Positions 28,911-36,178 of a stretch of 64,000 nt of DNA are shown piece after piece. The notes below the pieces were generated by a model, which worked only from the letters and a program-made list of their open reading frames with translations, was not told the origin of the DNA and made no database searches. Both the position numbers and the translations under genes were made by a program. Positions within the stretch are counted from its first letter, which is position 1. Each line of letters starts with the position of its first letter. The stretch covers positions 189,665 to 253,664 of the forward strand of contig CAWEKO010000002.1 of assembly GCA_963809715.1 (NCBI GenBank), given 5' to 3'. The DNA is from an uncultured Acidimicrobiaceae bacterium (lineage in GTDB: Bacteria; Actinomycetota; Acidimicrobiia; Acidimicrobiales; RAAP-2).

Positions 28911-29627
28911 GAATCAGTTATACCCCCTTTGGCTCATGCGCCACATAGAGCCGCTGAAACCACTGATCACGGCTTGGACCGGTGGTCGAAAATTCGTTCG
29001 TCGAGTCAAGGCCCGCAAGGGGGATGTCGGAATGGTCAGATCAGCGCCTCCCGATGTTGCTCCTGCACTTTGGCTTCGCCGGGGTGGAACGCCTTCATCG
29101 ACTTCGTGGTCGAGGGCGGAGATGTCCCTCCAACCCAGCCCTACCCAGACTCGTTCGGGGACGCCTCGGTCGGACTGACGTGCGTCATGGCCCTGGGTGA
29201 CAGTCTGTGGGACGTCGAGGTTGCCGTGTTTGGGCTGTGTCGGAGTGACGACGGCCATCGTCAGATCGACGCTGGGGGGAACGGGTGCACTTGCCGTGTA
29301 TGACTACTACGGAGAACTGCGCCGATGAGTTGTGACGAATTCCCCCAGGGAGAGTTCTTCGTACAGAGACCGATCTGGCGATCGGAGTACGCAGCTTCGC
29401 CATTCGGGTACCCCAGGGGTACTTTGCTGCCCGCCCAGCTTGTTCCGTGATGGTCATGGGACTCAGGTAAATCGAGCGCGCGTGCCTGATTTGATGGTCT
29501 GTTACCGGGTATGAGGAGCGATGAGGCGTCAGGGGAGGACGACGCCGTACCAAGGCCGGGTGCCGTTGAGGCGCGCCTGGATAGTTCAAGAGATGGAAGA
29601 TGTGGAGCCGACATGAGAGAGGGAGTC

Positions 29628-29993
29628 ATGTCCGAGATTGGCGCATTTCTTTCGAGTGAGGAGCACGGCGCACGTGCATTGCTGCGTCAGGCCAAGCTGG
29701 CCGATGCCGCTCCCATGCGAAGCGTGCTCCTTTCCGGTCATTGCCATCCGCGGATCGACGCCCAGGACGAGAGTCCTTGTGTCTTGGGCGTGATCGGGGC
29801 CATTTCCGCCGCCAGCTCGCGTCGAGTGACAACAGAGGTCACCTGCCCCACGGTCCGAATTCACCCGGCCATGGCGACTGCGAAGTATCAGGGGGCCGGT
29901 TTCGACGAGATCTACGTCAACCAGTTCGGGCCTGAACAGGAGGGGTTCTTCTCGTTCTATGGGCGGGAGATCACCCCCCGCCTCGGGATCTAA
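29628..29993 (+). pseudogene. luciferase-like (F420-dependent LLM) oxidoreductase remnant with large internal deletion
   Basis: MSEIGAFLSSEEHGARALL...GHCHPR...VTCPTVRIHPAMA is the LLM N-terminus. It is joined directly to the LLM C-terminus GAGFDEIYVNQFGPEQEGFFSFYGREITPRLG. The product is 121 aa against the usual roughly 320-330 aa. Confidence 0.6.
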
Positions 29994-30448
29994 TGCGCTC
30001 TGAGGCCCAACGCGACAATCGCAATCTGGCCGACCTGCTTCAAGAATTGCGGGTGGCCGGGCTGGGTGTGCAGATGCTCTTTGGCTTCTTGCTTGCCTTG
30101 CCGTTCACCAACCGTTTTGCTCAGCTCAACGAGGCCCAAAGGGTGCTTTACCGGGTGAGTGTGCTGAGTGCCGCGGCAGCGACCGCGCTTCTCATAAGTC
30201 CAGTGGCCTATCACCGTTGGGTGTTCCGGCGACATCAGAAGTCGAAGTTGCTCCGCTTGGCGAACGTCGAAGCTCTGCTCGGGCTGGTCATGGTGGCGGC
30301 GTCGTTGGGATGTGCCATCGTGCTCATCTTCAGCTTCGTCGGTAGCGGGTGGGTGTTCTCCATCCTCGTTGCAATCGTGATCGCGAGCTTGGGGTTTCTC
30401 TGGTTCGCCCTACCTCTCTTTGAGAGGTGGACTTCGGACCGGTCGTAA
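29993..30448 (+). CDS. DUF6328-like membrane protein
   Basis: RNLADLLQELRVAGLGVQMLFGFLLALPFTNRF pattern with 3-4 TM helices. The ATG overlaps the upstream TAA (TAATG). Confidence 0.7.
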   Translation: MRSEAQRDNRNLADLLQELRVAGLGVQMLFGFLLALPFTNRFAQLNEAQRVLYRVSVLSAAAATALLISPVAYHRWVFRRHQKSKLLRLANVEALLGLVMVAASLGCAIVLIFSFVGSGWVFSILVAIVIASLGFLWFALPLFERWTSDRS

Positions 30449-30476
30449 TCACCTTCGTGCTCGGTCTCCTTCGAGT

Positions 30477-30495
30477 GCCTCGGTCACGCCGAGGC
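30477..30495. terminator. hairpin between convergent DUF6328 and sigma factor genes
   Basis: GCCTCGG tcacg CCGAGGC: 7-bp stem, 5-nt loop. Confidence 0.4.
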
Positions 30496-30501
30496 AGCTG
30501 G

Positions 30502-31227
30502 TCAGAATTCAGCGCGTAGACGCCGCAAGCTCTGTGCGAGAAGACGGCTCACCTGCATCTGGCTCACGCCGATTCTTCTCGCAATCGCCAATTGGCTCAT
30601 TTCGTCGACAAACCGCATACGAAGCAGATCCTGTTCGAACGAGGAGAGCCCCTGTAGAGCCTCTGCCAGAACAGTTCGGGTGTCGACGCGATCCATCTCG
30701 TCCTCGTCTTGGTCCACCGGCGGCGTCAACTCGTCACTGTCGCCGTCGAGCGAATCGGACAGATACACACGTCCGGCTTCCATAGCCTCAAGCACCGAAG
30801 CGTGCGATTCTCCGAGTGATTCGGCGATCTCCGCAACGGTTGGGCTCCGTCCAAGTTCGTGTGTCAGCTGTTCGACCTGATGTCCAATCTCGAGATAGAG
30901 CTCTTGAATTCGGCGCGGAGCGCGTACTGACCAGCCAGTGTCTCGAAAGTGACGTTTGAGCTCGCCAACCATGTATGGAACAGCAAAGGATGTGAATCTG
31001 ACGCCTCGATCTGGATCAAATCGCTGGACTGCCTTCACCAATGCCATACAGGTGACCTGATAGAGATCGTCGTAAGGCTCACCCCGATGAGCGAAGCGGC
31101 GGGCGAGATGGCGAGCGAGGCCCAGGTAACTCTCGACGATGGCGTCCCGCACCTCGACGCTGTGCGTCCGGGTCAGTTCTCGGAACCGCTCCAGTTCTTC
31201 GTCGGAGTTAACGAGTGGCTGGTCCAC
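30502..31227 (-). CDS. SigB/SigF/SigG-type (group 3) RNA polymerase sigma factor
   Basis: Region 2 YDDLYQVTCMALVKAVQRFDPDRGVRFTSFAVPYMVGELKRHFRD; region 4 HTH SQLAIARRIGVSQMQVSRLL. Confidence 0.9.
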   Translation of the reverse strand: MDQPLVNSDEELERFRELTRTHSVEVRDAIVESYLGLARHLARRFAHRGEPYDDLYQVTCMALVKAVQRFDPDRGVRFTSFAVPYMVGELKRHFRDTGWSVRAPRRIQELYLEIGHQVEQLTHELGRSPTVAEIAESLGESHASVLEAMEAGRVYLSDSLDGDSDELTPPVDQDEDEMDRVDTRTVLAEALQGLSSFEQDLLRMRFVDEMSQLAIARRIGVSQMQVSRLLAQSLRRLRAEF

Positions 31228-31851
31228 GACGGTGACTCGTCTTGTTTGGCTCCATGTGCGGCGGGAGCTCGGCTGTGTCGCGTGCTCTGCGATTCGGTTG
31301 CTCGATTCGGTTTCGTCAACGGCGGCCTCCAGCCTGGTTGAGGAGAATCAAACGGTCAATCACCCGATCGGGTGGTTTGTCACGGTCACCACCCTGGTTT
31401 GTCGCCGTCACGCGGGCTCTGCGGATGACTCTCTGTCGGTCCAACCGAGCAAGAAGGTACATTTCGTGCTGGCCACGAACGCATGGGGTCGCTGCCCGTG
31501 CCTTGGGCGGAGGATATCCTCGTCGGGGGAGAGCATGGCAAGGGGTACACCCGAGGGTTGAGTGAGCGCAACGACCCGGGCTTGCTCGAGGAAAGCGGGG
31601 GAGGTTAAGGCGGATTTCTCTATGAGCGGCGGGTACGTGCCGCGAGAAAGCACCACCCAGACCGCCGCTTGCGGGTCCCGTCCTAGTCCAGGAACCCGAG
31701 AGGCTGGGATCCTGGTGAGGCGTCACAAGGCGATGACCGCCGCTGCATGCCCTGAACGTGACCCCGGGGTTCGACCGGGGCCGATTTCCGGCCCGGTCCA
31801 GAGATGCGTTGAGGAGCACAACCGAATACCAAGAGTCGAGCATCGAGCATC

Positions 31852-32686
31852 GTGGCGCGTCTAGGCCGCCGGGGGAAGGATTCGGGCTATTGGCCAGCCG
31901 CCGTGTTATTCCTCGTGGCGGTTGTACTGGGCGTCCTGGCCTACGTGATCCTGCCGTCCGGCTCGAGCCCTCCCGCCCCAGCGTCCTACGGGCTGGTCGT
32001 GCTGCCGACAACCAGCCAGATAGTGGATATCAACGTGTCCGAGAGCCAGTCGTTGGGCACGGACCAGGTCAAGGTGGACGCCACAGTGAAGTCAGGACCG
32101 GACGTCCCGGGCCCCATCACGGTGGACGCGTACTACCCGAAGGATGTCTCCATGGGTCCCTGTGCGGTCGAGTACCACTGCCAGCGGTACCCGAAGGATG
32201 TACTCGATCTGCGGTTCGACCTCGAGCCCAGCACTCCGCCAAGGGACGGTTACCTCACCGAGTCGGCCAACCTGACGTTCGCAGGGCCGCCGGTCGGGTT
32301 CGACAGCGGTAACAGCGTCGCCACAGCCGAGCTCCCCTCGGTTGCAAGTGCCGCTGGACGTCGTCTCGCAGCAGGGCACGCTGGGCTCCGTGGAGGTCCA
32401 CTACAAGGTGCCCAACGCCTCCTCATACGACTGGATCACCGGTCCGCGCCCCGTGAACGACGAGGGCGGCTGGGTAACCTGGTATTTGCCGCTCGCGCCG
32501 ACGGGATCCACTTTCGAGTCTGCAGCAAGCTCGGCCGGTGCAATCAACCCATCGGCACAGCAGCATGACCAACTGCTCACCTTCCTCGCGGGTGCGCTCG
32601 TTGGGGTGGCGGGGGGCGCTCTCGTGGGTGCACTGCAGGAGTTCCTCCACGCGTGGAGGCAGACAACTGAGGCGCGGCCTGCTTAG
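31852..32686 (+). pseudogene. hypothetical bitopic membrane protein, apparently frameshifted
   Basis: ORF 31852 has an N-terminal TM helix. ORF 32342 has a C-terminal TM helix. They overlap in adjacent frames, and coding-like GC3 switches from frame 1 to frame 2 around 32275-32345. Confidence 0.5.
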
Positions 32687-32938
32687 CTGCGACCCGCCCT
32701 TCCAGCTCCTCCGAGACTCTTCCTGAGATCTTGTGCGCTCACATGGCTCTGCGAGAGGTCCACTTCAAAGGACGCACTTCGGACCGAGCGACGAAGCATT
32801 CAATGTCCGAGGCACCTGCGCCCGGCGCTCGAATCCTCTCCAGTGTGCCGAGTCAACTCGCTCTATGAACCCGACAATTCGTCTTCGGAAACCTCGCCGT
32901 GCCCGGCCGCCGTGCAGGGGCAATCCGGTGGCCGGGTC

Positions 32939-33277
32939 TCAAGTGAGTTCTGACGCTTCTTCGACTGTCAGTTCCGCAGCTGGATCGGATTCAAGGCGCT
33001 CATCAGGAATGGGCTTCCCTGAGCGAATGGAGGAGCCGTACGTGCCGGCCTTCAGCCGCTCTTCGGCCCGAGCGATTGCAGCCAGCCGATCTTGAAGCTC
33101 AGCCCTGACAGAGCTGTCGACGCCCTCGGCGGTGAGAGGTTCGGCTGAGTCGAACATGTCGCCGGGCTGATTTGCCGCCTCGCGGTCGGCTGTGCCCGCT
33201 TCCACAACATCCGCCAACAGCTGCTCTGTGCGGGCTTGTTCTGCGCGAAGCAATTCCTTGGCCTTGGCGTACTCCAT
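32939..33277 (-). CDS. DksA/TraR-like protein lacking the Cys4 zinc finger
   Basis: Coiled-coil N-terminus, then RLKAGTYGSSIRSGKPIPDERLESDPAAELTVEEA, matching the actinobacterial Cys-less DksA-like pattern. Confidence 0.7.
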   Translation of the reverse strand: MEYAKAKELLRAEQARTEQLLADVVEAGTADREAANQPGDMFDSAEPLTAEGVDSSVRAELQDRLAAIARAEERLKAGTYGSSIRSGKPIPDERLESDPAAELTVEEASELT

Positions 33278-33470
33278 TGATTCGTGGCCCCTTTCAATTC
33301 GCTAGGGGGAATTTACTTAACCCGTTGTTACAGAACCATTCCTCGAGCGTTTCGATCATTCAGGATAAATTCCAGCCTCGGTCCAACGCTCACGCTTCTG
33401 GCCAGGGGCGACCGAACCTGATCGCCAAGACGACGCCTGCAAAACAGTCAAGCAAGCTGCATACGGTGGA

Positions 33471-34067
33471 CTATCGACGGCGCGACGAGGTGTTGAGAGC
33501 GATTGCGTCCCGAAGTAAGGCGCCCAATGCCTTTTGGTTGATTTGATCGCCTTTGTGTATGTCAATGGCACGTCTGACATTGCCGTCAAGGCTGGAGTTG
33601 AAGAGGCCGGCTGGATCCGTAAGGGAGGCTCCTTTCGCAAAGGTGAGTTTCACCACGCTCTTATAGGTCTCACCAGTGCAGATGATTCCGTCGTGCGACC
33701 AAACAGGAGTCCCTCTCCACTTCCACTCCTCGACCGCCTCGGGATCAACTTGCTTAATGAGAGAGCGGATCCGAGAGAGCGTCTCGCCTCGCCAATCTCC
33801 GAGCTCGCTGATCCTGGAATCGATCAGCTGTGACGCACTCCCGCCTTGCTGGGCGGCCGGTACCCGCTTGGCGGCCTTCTTGGCCGGTACCCGCTTGGCG
33901 GCCTTCTTGGCCGGTACCCGCTTGGCGGCCTTCTTGGCCGGTACCCGCTTGGCGGCCTTCTTGGCCGGTACCCGCTTGGCGGCCTTCTTGGCCGGTACCC
34001 GCTTGGCGGCCTTCTTGGCCGGTACCCGCTTGGCGGCCTTCTTGGCCGGTACCCGCTTGCTCGCCAT
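33471..34067 (-). CDS. DUF1801 (YdhG-like) domain protein with N-terminal (KRVPAKKAA)7 basic repeat tail
   Basis: GAAAGAGGTG RBS before ATG 34067. LGDWRGETLSRIRSLIKQVDPEAVEEWKWRGTPVW...VKLTFAKGASLTDP is the DUF1801 pattern. Confidence 0.8.
   Translation of the reverse strand: MASKRVPAKKAAKRVPAKKAAKRVPAKKAAKRVPAKKAAKRVPAKKAAKRVPAKKAAKRVPAKKAAKRVPAAQQGGSASQLIDSRISELGDWRGETLSRIRSLIKQVDPEAVEEWKWRGTPVWSHDGIICTGETYKSVVKLTFAKGASLTDPAGLFNSSLDGNVRRAIDIHKGDQINQKALGALLRDAIALNTSSRRR
33855..34059 (-). repeat. perfect 27-bp tandem repeat, 7 full copies plus a 16-nt partial copy
   Basis: GGCCGGTACCCGCTTGGCGGCCTTCTT recurs at exact 27-nt spacing from 33855. I saw no mismatch between the full copies. Confidence 0.95.
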
Positions 34068-34176
34068 CTGCACCTCTTTCTCAAGTGAGACCGTTGACAA
34101 CGACTGATTCAAGTATCTCAGCCGTGCCACTGCTTGAGCAGTAATACGGATGACCGTCGGTCGTCTGCGAAGGTCT

Positions 34177-34467
34177 CTAAGGGGCTCTCCCAGCGATGTG
34201 GGTGCAGCTTTGCTGCAGGGGTCCTCGAACTCTTTCGCCGTTCGATGACTGAGCCTCGCACTGACGTTGCAAACCTTTGGGGGCGTGCGTGTCCGAGCAC
34301 ACGGAAGAATGGGGCCGTCTACGACAGGAATAGCCAACACCGATGGCGACGACGAGGAGCCCGAGAGGTTCGTTCGCTACGACGTGAAAGCGCTTTGGCC
34401 ACCACAGGGCCACAGCCGTCGCCACGATGATGATGAAGATGACGCGGGTGGGAAATTGCCATTCCAC
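34177..34467 (-). CDS. possible small membrane protein
   Basis: VEWQFPTRVIFIIIVATAVALWWPKRFHVVANEPLGLLVVAIGVGY gives two hydrophobic helices with good GC3. The C-terminal half has poor codon usage, and no clear RBS is present. Confidence 0.3.
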   Translation of the reverse strand: MEWQFPTRVIFIIIVATAVALWWPKRFHVVANEPLGLLVVAIGVGYSCRRRPHSSVCSDTHAPKGLQRQCEAQSSNGERVRGPLQQSCTHIAGRAP

Positions 34468-34772
34468 CCGAACACGGGCGGACAGCCCGGACCCTCCAGC
34501 ATGGTGACCGTGTTCACGTGGTGAGAATCGTCACGCGAGCCTGCAGGCCAACAGGCATCGGAGGAACGAGTCAATGTTGTTGAAGACTTGTCATTCGATC
34601 CCCTTGCTCTTCCGGTCACCAGAGGGGCCGCAAGAACACGGGGGTGTGTTGGCTTCCGAGCCGTCGCCTTCACCGTCCCTAAAAGCACAAAATCGCGCCG
34701 TCCACCGACCCGATGGAGCGGCTCGGACCCGGACCACCGGGCTCGGGACGAGCGGATTCCAATGCGACGTGG

Positions 34773-34910
34773 TCATGTGTCGACAGGAACCCTTCGCCCT
34801 GCGAGCCGGGCGCTTCCGTCCTCGTTCTGGCCCTGCTCAGCGACCTCATTGACCAGGGCTTCCAGTTCGCTCTGTCCCAGAGCGCCGACTTCGTATTCGA
34901 TGAACGGCAT
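34773..34910 (-). CDS. possible 45-aa acidic small protein
   Basis: MPFIEYEVGALGQSELEALVNEVAEQGQNEDGSARLAGRRVPVDT. GAGAGGTGG RBS lies 6 nt upstream of the ATG. It falls below the ORF-track length cut-off. Confidence 0.25.
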   Translation of the reverse strand: MPFIEYEVGALGQSELEALVNEVAEQGQNEDGSARLAGRRVPVDT

Positions 34911-35199
34911 CGGCGGCCACCTCTCAAGCGGCGCCAGCAGATGCGCGCTAGTCAGCCCGCGTCATCGTTCCTTCAGGTTCGCCCCGTACCCTTTGCGCTG
35001 CTCGATGAATTGTCCGTCCCCCACCACTGGTCCCCAGAGGTCCATTGGAAGGCCGCCCACGGCCAGTGTCGGCGCGCACCGGGTGGGGTTCCGGACCGGG
35101 CGGATCGGAGGTCGAGTGGCTCTCGTGACCCGATCGCGGCGGGCGCTCCGGGTAAGTTTTGCGGTTTCCAGCCGCCCCGATTCGGAAGCAAGGTAGGAC

Positions 35200-35883
35200 G
35201 TGGTACACATTCTCGGGCCTCTGAGCCACGCGACAATTGTCGGCGCGAGCTTCGAGCACTTCTTGGGCCAGTGGGGCTATGCCGGAATCTTCGTGCTGAG
35301 CTTCATCTCGGCCATGGGACTCCCGGTCGGGGCCGAGGTGGCAGTGATCTACGGCGGTGTCCTGGCCAGCGGTCAGATCCCGGGCGAGAAGCCACTCAAT
35401 GTCGTCGCCGTGATCGCGGTGGCCCTCGTCGCTGAACTGCTCGGCGCCATCGCCGGCTACTCGATCGGTAAGTTCGGCGGGAGACCACTGGTCGACCGCT
35501 TCGGCAAGTACCTCCTGCTCACCCACAAGGATCTCGATCGGGCCGAGGCCTGGTTCGCTCGGCGTGGCGAACCCTTCGCTCTCTTCGGGCGTTTCATCCC
35601 CCTGCTGCGCTCCTTCGTGTCCTTCGCCTGCGGGCTCGGCGAGATGGCGTTCGGCAAATTCATGCTCTTCACGTTCATCGGTACGGCCCTCTGGACCACC
35701 GGCCAGGCCTTCTTGGGCTACAGCCTCGGATCCAGCTACGAGCACGTCCTCAAGGCCTTCAGCAACGCGGGGTACGTGGTGGGAGTCCTCCTCGTTCTCG
35801 TGGTGATCGCCGGCCTCGTCTACCGCTTTCGGGAGTACCGCAAGCAGACAGCCGAGCGCGCATCCGGGCCCGGGAGTCGATGA
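35200..35883 (+). CDS. DedA family membrane protein
   Basis: GYAGIFVLSFISAMGLPVGAEV, GKFGGRPLVDRFGKY and FGRFIPLLRSFVSFACG motifs. Confidence 0.88.
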   Translation: MVHILGPLSHATIVGASFEHFLGQWGYAGIFVLSFISAMGLPVGAEVAVIYGGVLASGQIPGEKPLNVVAVIAVALVAELLGAIAGYSIGKFGGRPLVDRFGKYLLLTHKDLDRAEAWFARRGEPFALFGRFIPLLRSFVSFACGLGEMAFGKFMLFTFIGTALWTTGQAFLGYSLGSSYEHVLKAFSNAGYVVGVLLVLVVIAGLVYRFREYRKQTAERASGPGSR

Positions 35884-36178
35884 CACGACGCTCCACCCCG
35901 GCAGTCCGGGCTCCATGACCGCGGCGCTGGCCCGGCGCGGAACCCTGGTCGAGGCCAAGTGGAGACCCCAGGATCCGGGCCGGCGGCGGCGCGGGGCCGC
36001 AAATCCAACTCACCTGCAACCGGAATGCGACTGAGCGCAGCAAAGACCTGGTCAGCGTGAAATGAGGACAGGAATTTCAGCCCGAAAAAGGCCAAATGGC
36101 TCGGAAGACGAACCAGGCACATTGATCAAGAATTGCCCCGGTGATACCTTGCCCCGAACGATCGGGGGGAGGGGCGCT

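Noticed and set aside
31396-31425. SigF/SigB-type promoter (GTTT ... GGG(T/C)A) upstream of the membrane-protein gene
   Set aside because: Spacing between GTTT and GGGCT is about 13 nt, shorter than the 15-17 nt known for mycobacterial SigF promoters. The -10 does not match GGGTA, and the site is over 400 nt from the nearest start codon.
31588-31595. GAGGAAAG resembling the RNase P RNA P4 motif
   Set aside because: It is followed by CGGGGG rather than UCCGGGC. No other conserved RNase P regions lie within the surrounding 400 nt.
31762-31793. tRNA-like GGTTCGA element
   Set aside because: The loop register does not fit a canonical T-arm (G53-T54-T55-C56...C61 pairing fails), and no acceptor, D or anticodon arms can be built. 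It is more simply read as two adjacent GC hairpins.
33855-34059. CRISPR array interpretation of the 27-bp repeat (and likewise of the 15-bp repeat at 37616-37840)
   Set aside because: The repeats are directly abutting with no spacers. They are in frame within coding sequences, and no cas genes are present.
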